Below are positions 30,492-38,336 of a stretch of 64,000 bases of DNA, in pieces. The position numbers and the translations under genes were made by a program. The DNA lies in the IMG/VR virus record IMGVR_UViG_3300025141_012032; one strand, given 5' to 3'. How positions within the stretch are numbered: the first letter of the stretch is position 1; each line of letters begins with the position of its first letter. The stretch is from an uncultured virus (IMG/VR IMGVR_UViG_3300025141_012032). Taxonomy: Duplodnaviria; Heunggongvirae; Uroviricota; Caudoviricetes. The notes beneath the pieces are model-generated. The model made no database searches, was not told the DNA's origin, and was given only the letters and a program-made list of their open reading frames with translations.

Positions 30492-30877
30492 AAATAGTTT
30501 GGACAAATGGCTGTTTCGATATTTTGCACCGCGGCCATTTTGAAATGTTCAAATACGCAAAATCTCTTGGAGATCAGTTAATAGTTGGCATTGATTCGGA
30601 TGAAAAAGTACGAAAGGATAAAGGTGAACACCGACCTTTTAATAGCGTTGAAGACCGAAAGTTTGCTTTAGAGTGCATTAAATATATTGACGAAGTTGTA
30701 GTATTCGAATCGCGAGAAGGCCTTGAACAAGAAATAAGACAACTTCAACCAGATATAATGGTTGTTGGTTCAGACTGGAAAGGTAAAGAAGTTATAGGTG
30801 TGCGATATTGCACAGAATTGAAATTTTTTGATAGAATAGACGGGTATTCCACAACGAATATATTAGAAAATAATTGA
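30488..30877 (+). CDS. rfaE2: Nucleotidyltransferase, HldE/RfaE domain II-like (heptose-1-phosphate adenylyltransferase)
   Basis: WTNGCFDILHRGH, KG..RP, GSDW, GYSTT. Next to the domain-I kinase. Confidence 0.82.
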   Translation: MKIVWTNGCFDILHRGHFEMFKYAKSLGDQLIVGIDSDEKVRKDKGEHRPFNSVEDRKFALECIKYIDEVVVFESREGLEQEIRQLQPDIMVVGSDWKGKEVIGVRYCTELKFFDRIDGYSTTNILENN

Positions 30878-31254
30878 TGATTTACGTATTTGACATAGAT
30901 GGAACCATTTGTACCAACTCTGATGGCGATTATGATTATGCAGATCCTATAAGAGATAGAATTAATATCGTTAATAAACTATATGACGAAGGACACCAGA
31001 TCGTACTTCAGACCGCTAGGGGTATGGGAAGAACAAGCAATAATCAACTTGCATCTTATTCATTATTTTATGAATTTACCAAACAGCAGCTTGATGATTG
31101 GGGTGTAAAATACCATAGTTTATTTTTAGGTAAGCCAAGTGGCGACATTTATGTTGACGATAAAGGAATACAAGATGTCAATTTTTTTGAAAAGATAGAG
31201 GAGCTTTATAGTGAGCAAGAAGAAACAGCCATTGACGATGAAACACGTTCCTAA
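30877..31254 (+). CDS. Small HAD phosphatase (capsule-biosynthesis type)
   Basis: FDIDGTIC, TARG, GKP..DIYVDDK. Confidence 0.85.
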   Translation: MIYVFDIDGTICTNSDGDYDYADPIRDRINIVNKLYDEGHQIVLQTARGMGRTSNNQLASYSLFYEFTKQQLDDWGVKYHSLFLGKPSGDIYVDDKGIQDVNFFEKIEELYSEQEETAIDDETRS

Positions 31255-31579
31255 AGGTTGGGGCTGGGAGCGCTGGATTGTAAATTGTCCAAAGTACTGC
31301 GGCAAGCTTTTGTTTTTTAACAAGGGCAAGCGGTGCTCTTGGCATTATCACAAGATTAAAGATGAGGTATTTTATCTGCAGTCTGGCAAAATGATTGTAT
31401 ATTATTCGATGAACGATAATATAAAAGAAGCAAATCAAATTATTCTCAACCCAGGAGAAAAGTTTCATGTAGCCACAGGCCTCCGCCATCAAATGGTGGC
31501 GTTAGAAGATAGCGAGCTATTTGAGTTTTCAACTGAGCATTTTGATAGTGATAGTCATAGAATTATTAAAGGAGATTAA
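31211..31579 (+). CDS. Cupin (sugar isomerase-like)
   Basis: KGWGWE, CSWHYHKIKDEVFY, H, EFST.H...DS.R. Confidence 0.85.
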   Translation: MSKKKQPLTMKHVPKGWGWERWIVNCPKYCGKLLFFNKGKRCSWHYHKIKDEVFYLQSGKMIVYYSMNDNIKEANQIILNPGEKFHVATGLRHQMVALEDSELFEFSTEHFDSDSHRIIKGD

Positions 31580-32575
31580 ATGAAATTGGTAGTAATTACA
31601 GGTTGCGCTGGAATGATAGGTTCGCATGTTACTATTGCTTGTCTAGATCAGGGTTATAAAGTTTTTGGAATAGATAAAATGACCTATGCATCAAACCCTA
31701 ATTTTATAAGTGAAGCCGTGAATCATCCAAATTTTACCTTTGTACAAGAGGATATAGTAGATGTATCCTATTTGCCTGATTGTGATTATGTAATTAATAT
31801 TGCAGCTGAATCTCATGTAGGCAATAGTATTGTTGATAGTGAAAGCTTTATTCAATCTAATATTGTGGGTGTAAAAAATCTTCTAGATTTGATTAGAAAC
31901 AAACAAGGAAATGTAGCTGATAGACCAATATTCTTTCATTTTAGTACCGACGAGGTATATGGAGACATAGAGAGTGGCGAACACTATGAAACAGACACAT
32001 TAAAGCCAAGTAATCCGTATTCCGCCTCTAAGGCCGCAGCAGATATGTTGGTTCTTGCATGGGCAAGAACTTATGGAATTAATTATTTAATTCTGCGCCC
32101 AACAAACAATTATGGATATTCCCAGTATCCAGAGAAGCTCATACCAATAACTATCAAAAACTTAATGAGAAATAAAAAAATTAAGCTTCATAATAAAGGT
32201 GAGCCCGTTCGCAGCTGGCTTAATTGTCGAGATACAGCAGCAGCAGTAATTACATTAATCAAAGCTGGAGTGCAAAACGAAATTTTTAATGTATCTGGGG
32301 GATTTGAGCAGAAAAATATAGATACTGTCTCTAAAATTATTGAATGTTATTTAGAAGACGCAGATCTATATGGAAACATGGAAGAGAAAGGCGAACCCCC
32401 CGAAGAAAAAGATTGGAGCGAATATCTTGATCTTTCTTATGTTAGAGAAGGCCAGGATGTTCGCTATTCTTTAAACGACGATAAACTTCGTTCACTTGGC
32501 TGGGAGCCAAAAGTAGAATTTGACAAAGAAATCAAATCTATAGTTCGACACTATAAAAATAATTTTAGATGGTAA
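31580..32575 (+). CDS. rfbB: dTDP-glucose 4,6-dehydratase
   Basis: DKMTYA, AAESHV, STDEVYG, NPYSASK, NNYG..QYPEKLIP, R.GQDVRY. Confidence 0.9.
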   Translation: MKLVVITGCAGMIGSHVTIACLDQGYKVFGIDKMTYASNPNFISEAVNHPNFTFVQEDIVDVSYLPDCDYVINIAAESHVGNSIVDSESFIQSNIVGVKNLLDLIRNKQGNVADRPIFFHFSTDEVYGDIESGEHYETDTLKPSNPYSASKAAADMLVLAWARTYGINYLILRPTNNYGYSQYPEKLIPITIKNLMRNKKIKLHNKGEPVRSWLNCRDTAAAVITLIKAGVQNEIFNVSGGFEQKNIDTVSKIIECYLEDADLYGNMEEKGEPPEEKDWSEYLDLSYVREGQDVRYSLNDDKLRSLGWEPKVEFDKEIKSIVRHYKNNFRW

Positions 32576-32589
32576 AAAAGGAGAAACAA

Positions 32590-32805
32590 ATGCAACTATC
32601 AAACCAAGCTCTGGGTGCAATCATGATGGCGCTTCAAGAGTCGCTATTAAATGAGTTAGACATAGTACCTATTCTTAAAGGGTTTAAACTTGAGGATTCT
32701 GAAAAAGGCCTTAAGGTTTTAAACCCTCCAACTGTAAGATTTACTGATAATAGTGAAATTACAAATGAAGATTTGGAGAATATGACCAAAGCGAGAGATG
32801 CCTAG
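32590..32805 (+). CDS. Hypothetical protein
   Basis: AAGGAG RBS before ATG at 32590. Confidence 0.7.
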   Translation: MQLSNQALGAIMMALQESLLNELDIVPILKGFKLEDSEKGLKVLNPPTVRFTDNSEITNEDLENMTKARDA

Positions 32806-33064
32806 GTATAGGTATATGTGTGAGGAATGCACACTGACTTTTACATTAATTCATGGCATTAACGAAGTGCTTGTCGATTGTTGTGAATGTGGGGCATCTC
32901 AAAGTATGCGAAAATTGTTGTCCACGCCTATAATAATAAAGGACGATATACAAATTAAACGAAATAAAATAGGCGAACTTACGAAAGAATATATAGAAGA
33001 AAACCGCAAAATTTTAGAAGAACAGAAAAAGGAAGCCCAAAGTAAAGATCATGACCCGACTTGA
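32798..33064 (+). CDS. FmdB-family zinc-ribbon protein
   Basis: MPRYRYMCEEC...CCECG....KLLS.P. Confidence 0.8.
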   Translation: MPRYRYMCEECTLTFTLIHGINEVLVDCCECGASQSMRKLLSTPIIIKDDIQIKRNKIGELTKEYIEENRKILEEQKKEAQSKDHDPT

Positions 33065-33395
33065 AATAATACTCTCAGCGCTGCTGAGCATTTCTATCGT
33101 ACTTAATATAGGACTTATTGTCTATGTGAGAACAGCTATACTACAGCTTTTATCTGTATCCGAGGAATTGGGTGATTTACAAGAAATGGTAAACTCATTT
33201 TCCGATCATCTTCAATCAATTTATCAACTGGAAATGTTTTATGGAGATCAAACTGTAAAAGGTCTCTTAGAGCACGCTCTTTCTTTTAACGAACAGCTGG
33301 CAACTTTTGAATATATTTATTCACTAACTGAAGAAGAAGGAGAGTCACGAACTAATGACAATGAAGAAGAAGAAGCAGACACGGAAGAGACGTAA
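33051..33395 (+). CDS. Hypothetical membrane-anchored protein
   Basis: N-terminal hydrophobic helix, coiled segment, acidic tail. Confidence 0.65.
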   Translation: MTRLEIILSALLSISIVLNIGLIVYVRTAILQLLSVSEELGDLQEMVNSFSDHLQSIYQLEMFYGDQTVKGLLEHALSFNEQLATFEYIYSLTEEEGESRTNDNEEEEADTEET

Positions 33396-34059
33396 AAATC
33401 ATTATTTTACTCAAGAGCATGAAGATGCCATAGTGAGATATAGCCAGACGAATTGTATTCGCGAAAGAACAGAACTATATGTTCAATGGATTCAACCTGC
33501 ATTTAATGAAATGGTTGATAAAATTGTGTTTACTTATAAGTTTACTAATTTGCCAAATATAGATTATCTAAGAGATGAATGTAAAATTTGGCTTATGACA
33601 ATTCTTGACAAATATGATCAAAGTAAAGGCTCTAAGGCCTTTTCTTATTTTAGCGTTATTACTAAAAACTGGTTTATTCATAAAGTTAAGCGCCAACAAA
33701 AACGCAATCGACGCGAAGTTGATTATGATAATATATCTAAATCTTATGAAGAACAATATTTATCAACCAACGAATCATATATAACCAATCGCCAAGAACA
33801 AGAATTTTGGGAGTCATTTTATCGAGAGTTGAAATCGTGGGACATGTCCACCATGAAAGATAACGATCTAAAAGTATATAAAGCTATATTAATTTTGTTT
33901 GAATCAAAGGATGATATTAATATTTTTAATAAAAAAGCTATTTATTTATACCTGCGCGAAATTACAGGACTTAATACTAAACAAATTGTTAATTCTTTAA
34001 AGAAGTTTCGAAAGAAATATAATAATTTTAGGCATGTGTGGGAAAATGGAGAACCATGA
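33355..34059 (+). CDS. Putative phage late-transcription sigma factor (T4 gp55-like)
   Basis: NHYF..., region-2-like ILDKYD..KGSKAFSYFSVITKNWFI. Lies directly ahead of the structural genes. Confidence 0.6.
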   Translation: MTMKKKKQTRKRRKNHYFTQEHEDAIVRYSQTNCIRERTELYVQWIQPAFNEMVDKIVFTYKFTNLPNIDYLRDECKIWLMTILDKYDQSKGSKAFSYFSVITKNWFIHKVKRQQKRNRREVDYDNISKSYEEQYLSTNESYITNRQEQEFWESFYRELKSWDMSTMKDNDLKVYKAILILFESKDDINIFNKKAIYLYLREITGLNTKQIVNSLKKFRKKYNNFRHVWENGEP

Positions 34060-34346
34060 GTAGCAAAGATTTACAATCTCTAATTAATGAGGCGCTGGAC
34101 AATATTAGAAATGATAGAAAAGCGGCAAGAGAATTTTTAAACGAGATTGCAAATCAGATAGCATCAGATGCAGAGCAAAATAAGTACCTTAGCCCTGTTG
34201 CGGCAAAACATATTGAAACACTTCAGAGATCAAATGAACAACTAGTTAAACTTATTGGCATTCAACACAAGAGTCAGCCACAATCAGCGTCCTTATCAGA
34301 AGAAGATAAAGACACTTTATTTGATATGATTCAGGGGGAAAATTAA
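34056..34346 (+). CDS. Hypothetical helical protein
   Basis: ATG at 34056 overlaps the previous stop, GGAG upstream. Confidence 0.7.
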   Translation: MSSKDLQSLINEALDNIRNDRKAAREFLNEIANQIASDAEQNKYLSPVAAKHIETLQRSNEQLVKLIGIQHKSQPQSASLSEEDKDTLFDMIQGEN

Positions 34347-34944
34347 ATGGCAATTAAAGAGTTCTTAGACAATAGTTTATTTACGGATCCTCGGTCCGCC
34401 AGAGATTTATATGGCAACTCAGTAAGACAAGCTTTAGATTTTAATGTTTATGGCAGAAAAACCATGTTTCAGGCTATTGTATTAACAAGGCCAGTATTTT
34501 TGGCCGACGTCGCAGAAGGCGATGATTCATTGTTTGGATATGCCACTCGCGACACCGGAAAACTAACAAAATTTTCTTTCAAGGGAAGAATTATTGAAGG
34601 CCCATCTCCGCATGAATATCTTCCAAATCCTTGTAATGCGAGGGGAACAACTGCCGAAGAGAAGGCCAAAATAAGAAGACTGGTGACTTTACATACAACT
34701 TTTATATCATCCGATGATTATACTAAAAGCGATAATTATCTTCCACAAGTAGGAGATCTCGTTTGGGTAGAACTCAAAAAAAATGTTTTTTCATATGATT
34801 TGCAATTTGGTACCTTTATTAGCGTGAAAGACAACAGAACCAATGTTGAGTCAGATGAAAGTGATGCTTTAGATTGTGAGTCTTTAAAAAATGCTTTTCG
34901 AAATATATCTGGAGCTTCCAGCACTCGACGTAGTTCTCGCGGCA
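34347..34944 (+). repeat. 598-bp direct repeat, copy 1 (partner 35748-36345)
   Basis: Long identical blocks with no indels, offset 1401 bp. Confidence 0.95.
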
Positions 34945-35723
34945 CAATTACAGGCGGCAGATACGTTGAGCCTCTCAGTGGCACTGGTCGTGGCTCAGCA
35001 CCTTATGCAGGCGCTGGCCATTCGGCATATACACCTACTAGTACTTGGACAGCGCATGTGTCATCAACTTCTACAAGAGATGATTATAATTTTAAATCTG
35101 GAAAGTGTCCTAACGCACTTACAGGCTATTATAAAACTCTTCCAGTATACAACACTTCCTTTCTTAAATATAGTAGAAGTGATTTTGCTAAGGCTGTAGC
35201 TGCAGCTGGCGCGCCTTATGATGTTGCAGTTCAAGCTGCAGCTTTTGTTATTATTTCAATAGAGCAAGGCAACTATTCCTTTCCCAATAATAATGTGGCA
35301 GGAATTCAAACTGATGGCGGTCAATTTCGTGGAGCAACTTTGTCAGATGTTGATTTTCAAACATGTTACAACGATGGATCTCAATTTCGAGCGTTTGCAG
35401 GTTTTTTGTCTATCGAGCGCGGTTTAAGTACGTTTTTTAAAATTATTAATGGTAAATTTACGAGCGCCTGGTCAGGCCGATCCCCGCCAGTTGACGGAAC
35501 AAATCAAGAATTTGGTGATCAAATGGCCGATAATTATTATCAAGGCTGGAACATCATAACCTCAAACGACGAATTAACAAGTCTAAAAACCTCTGGCGAA
35601 TTTATTAGAAATGGCATAAGGTACCCCCGTAGGGCAGAACGTAGTTACAATTGGAACACCACAGCAAATTTTTTTGCCACAATGTTTGAAAGATTTAAAA
35701 CTGATAATCCTACACTATTTTAG
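34347..35723 (+). CDS. Baseplate hub-like N-terminus + putative glucosaminidase/lysozyme-fold C-terminus
   Basis: LPQVGDLVWV (gp5/gpV OB-fold-like), C-terminal IEQG...NNNVAGI...FRAFAGF.S.E.G like GH73. Confidence 0.55.
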   Translation: MAIKEFLDNSLFTDPRSARDLYGNSVRQALDFNVYGRKTMFQAIVLTRPVFLADVAEGDDSLFGYATRDTGKLTKFSFKGRIIEGPSPHEYLPNPCNARGTTAEEKAKIRRLVTLHTTFISSDDYTKSDNYLPQVGDLVWVELKKNVFSYDLQFGTFISVKDNRTNVESDESDALDCESLKNAFRNISGASSTRRSSRGTITGGRYVEPLSGTGRGSAPYAGAGHSAYTPTSTWTAHVSSTSTRDDYNFKSGKCPNALTGYYKTLPVYNTSFLKYSRSDFAKAVAAAGAPYDVAVQAAAFVIISIEQGNYSFPNNNVAGIQTDGGQFRGATLSDVDFQTCYNDGSQFRAFAGFLSIERGLSTFFKIINGKFTSAWSGRSPPVDGTNQEFGDQMADNYYQGWNIITSNDELTSLKTSGEFIRNGIRYPRRAERSYNWNTTANFFATMFERFKTDNPTLF

Positions 35724-35747
35724 AAACGCAGGAGACATATTAAAGTA

Positions 35748-36345
35748 ATGGCAATTAAAGAGTTCTTAGACAATAGTTTATTTACGGATCCTCGGTCCGC
35801 CAGAGATTTATATGGCAATGCTTTGAGAAAACATCTTAGTTTTGATCAATTTGAGACTGGCACTGTGTTTCAGGCTATTGTATTAACAAGGCCAGTATTT
35901 TTGGCCGACGTCGCAGAAGGCGATGATTCATTGTTTGGATATGCCACTCGCGACGACGGAAAACTAACAAAATTTTCTTTCAAGGGGAGGATTATCAATG
36001 AAGATTCTCCGCATGAATATCTTCCAAATCCTTGTAATGCGAGGGGAACAACTGCCGAAGAGAAGGCCAAAATAAGAAGACTGGTGACTTTACATACAAC
36101 TTTTATATCATCCGATGATTATACTAAAAGTACCAATTATCTTCCACAAGTGGGAGATATTGTGAACGTTCGATTAGAAGAAAATGTTTTTTCATATGAT
36201 TTGCAATTTGGTACCTTTGTTAGCGTCAAGGATAACAGAACCAATGTTGAGTCGGATGAAAGTGATGCTTTAGATTGTGAGTCTTTAAAAAATGCTTTTC
36301 GAAATATATCTGGAGCTTCCAGCACTCGACGTAGTTCTCGCGGCA
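35748..36345 (+). repeat. 598-bp direct repeat, copy 2
   Basis: Starts atggcaattaaagagttcttagac and ends ...gtagttctcgcggca, as copy 1 does. Confidence 0.95.
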
Positions 36346-36983
36346 TATCACGAACTGGTTCTTATCAAAGTGGTGCAAAATCTAATCAACAAGCTCCAAT
36401 ATCAGATGATTTAATTATTGATATTATTAATAGTACTATTTCTGCTGGTGGGTCTAAAAACTATAATGATTTATTTTTAGATAGTCAGGGAGATACAGCG
36501 GTAGGAATTTTACATTTTACAAAAAGCGGACTTAAAAAACTTTATAAGGAAATGGACACTGAGAAATATTTTGGTAAGTCAGAGAATGAAATGGTGGATA
36601 GTATTAAATCATATAGTGGTGATGAAATGAAAGATTCTTCTTGGAAACAGGGAATGTTGAGTTTCTTAAATTCTTCCGAAAGTGAAAGTGTACAGAATAG
36701 AGCGGCATCAAGAAAGTTTAAAGAAGGATTGGTAACACCCATAAATAAGGGTGGTTGGAACACGCCTAGAGAATACGCGGTAGGAATGTTTTATTTAAAT
36801 TCTTATCCTAAATGTTTACATGAGATGGGAGCAAAATACAACTGGGACGCAGAACAGATGTTAAGAGCATATTGTGAAGGAGAATGTTCTGCTGTAAGTC
36901 CATGTAGAAGTAGATGTAATCATATAAATAAAAGTTATCCCCTTACTGCCAGTTCAGGTGGATACGTATATAAAGGTTGTTAA
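35748..36983 (+). CDS. Same hub-like N-terminus + different putative lysozyme-like C-terminus
   Basis: First ~199 aa shared with the previous gene. C-terminal DSQGDTAVGILHFT..GL and Cys-rich end. Confidence 0.55.
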   Translation: MAIKEFLDNSLFTDPRSARDLYGNALRKHLSFDQFETGTVFQAIVLTRPVFLADVAEGDDSLFGYATRDDGKLTKFSFKGRIINEDSPHEYLPNPCNARGTTAEEKAKIRRLVTLHTTFISSDDYTKSTNYLPQVGDIVNVRLEENVFSYDLQFGTFVSVKDNRTNVESDESDALDCESLKNAFRNISGASSTRRSSRGISRTGSYQSGAKSNQQAPISDDLIIDIINSTISAGGSKNYNDLFLDSQGDTAVGILHFTKSGLKKLYKEMDTEKYFGKSENEMVDSIKSYSGDEMKDSSWKQGMLSFLNSSESESVQNRAASRKFKEGLVTPINKGGWNTPREYAVGMFYLNSYPKCLHEMGAKYNWDAEQMLRAYCEGECSAVSPCRSRCNHINKSYPLTASSGGYVYKGC

Positions 36984-37298
36984 ATGAAGGTATTATTGAC
37001 AGAATCACAATTAACTATGGTACTTAAAGAAGAAGCAGTCCTTTCTGCTCCTCTTCCAGGTTCCCTACATGTTAATAGTAAATTCTCTAAAAAGCGATGT
37101 TTAAGTGGGCAAAAATGTTGCCAAAACACTGCGACGGCCGATTGCCGAGAGAGTGATGTATACAAATGGCTATTGGAAAATGTGCACAACAAAGCTGCCT
37201 ATGGTAATATAAAAAACTGGACAAGATCGCGCTCTGATCCGCCCGATCCTTTAGCAACTGGCGGTGAGCCATGGCATTGGAGCTATGATGGAGGTTAA
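36984..37298 (+). CDS. Small, possibly chimeric ORF ending in a peptidase M15 (VanY-like) C-terminal motif
   Basis: YKWLLEN...YG...EPWHWSY. The upstream SxH/D zinc ligands are not evident. Confidence 0.5.
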   Translation: MKVLLTESQLTMVLKEEAVLSAPLPGSLHVNSKFSKKRCLSGQKCCQNTATADCRESDVYKWLLENVHNKAAYGNIKNWTRSRSDPPDPLATGGEPWHWSYDGG

Positions 37299-37300
37299 GC

Positions 37301-38326
37301 ATGTCTGAAAGAAAAATATGGGATCCAAAATATTTTAACGATGCCGAAGCGCAATTGAAATCTCAACAACGTGGCGTTTATGGTGGTATTCCTTTGTTCA
37401 CTGCGCTTCAAAATTCGCGCACTGGAGAATACATTACAGAATTGCCAGATCAATCCGGATTAATACAGACAAATGGTCCAGAATCAAAAGTATATCTCAA
37501 ACCCGCTCCCGGCCAGAAAGTTATAAAAAAAAGAAATGCTTATATAGTATTTGGTAAAGATAGGCCCGGTGGTCTTGAAACTGGATGGGGCGGCAAAGGC
37601 GCAATTAATTGCGATGCAATTGATATTGTTGTAGGGAGAATGTCTAGCTTGCCGCGTGTAAACAACGCAAGGAGAGGGACAATAGTAGATCCTAACTTCG
37701 CTGCAGATGCTGCAAGAATATATATAAGCCAATTGACAGATATTGATAAAAATTTTGGCATTACAGAGGGGATCGCCGGCAATGTAACGACAAGATCCGG
37801 TATCGGAATAAAAGCAGACGCAGTAAGGATTATTGGGCGAGAAGGTGTAAAGATTGTCACAGGAAAGGCCCCATTTCCAGGTTTTGGTATTTTTGGAGAA
37901 ACAAACGCGCTTGGTGGTCGTATTAGACAGCGCGCCCCTAAAATTGAACTTATCGCTGGAAACAAAAGCGGAGAACGCACAGTAGCGGGGGGAGAGTTTT
38001 TGAGAAGAGAAATAATCCAAGATCTGCAGCCTGCCGTTAGAGGAGAAAATATGGTTTCAGCACTTAAAGAGCTTCATGGAATAATTGAAAACATGATGTC
38101 GGCTATCTTTAATCTTGCAGTCGTTAACACGGCGTTTGCGAGTGCCATTTCAGTTGGTCCGATTCCTCACTATGGTATTGCCGGCGGCGCTACAGCGACA
38201 CAAGTTTTAGATAGTGTGGTTAATAATATTTGGCAACAAAGAATAAATAGTAATATATGGGAAGCTAATTTTGTTTATCCCTTCTCATATCGCTATGTGT
38301 GCAGTAAAAATGTATTTCTAACATAA
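37301..38326 (+). CDS. Putative baseplate spike/hub-associated protein
   Basis: Beta-strand-rich ARIYISQ...GIGIKADAVRIIGREGVKIVTG. Position between the hub genes and the wedge genes. Confidence 0.5.
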   Translation: MSERKIWDPKYFNDAEAQLKSQQRGVYGGIPLFTALQNSRTGEYITELPDQSGLIQTNGPESKVYLKPAPGQKVIKKRNAYIVFGKDRPGGLETGWGGKGAINCDAIDIVVGRMSSLPRVNNARRGTIVDPNFAADAARIYISQLTDIDKNFGITEGIAGNVTTRSGIGIKADAVRIIGREGVKIVTGKAPFPGFGIFGETNALGGRIRQRAPKIELIAGNKSGERTVAGGEFLRREIIQDLQPAVRGENMVSALKELHGIIENMMSAIFNLAVVNTAFASAISVGPIPHYGIAGGATATQVLDSVVNNIWQQRINSNIWEANFVYPFSYRYVCSKNVFLT

Positions 38327-38336
38327 GGTAAAAGTA

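Noticed and set aside
3623..32575. Ordinary bacterial O-antigen/capsule locus
   Set aside because: No flippase, polymerase, chain-length or export genes. Continuous with phage genes on both sides and shares the same GGCGCC/GCCGGC signature.
34347..36345. Diversity-generating retroelement TR/VR pair
   Set aside because: Differences between the copies are not adenine-specific, both copies are N-terminal coding regions, and no reverse transcriptase is in the window.
37484..38020. Minus-strand ORFs (this 178-aa one and the many 60-150 aa others in the track)
   Set aside because: All lie antisense to or within longer, motif-bearing or tightly coupled + strand genes and show no recognisable motifs.
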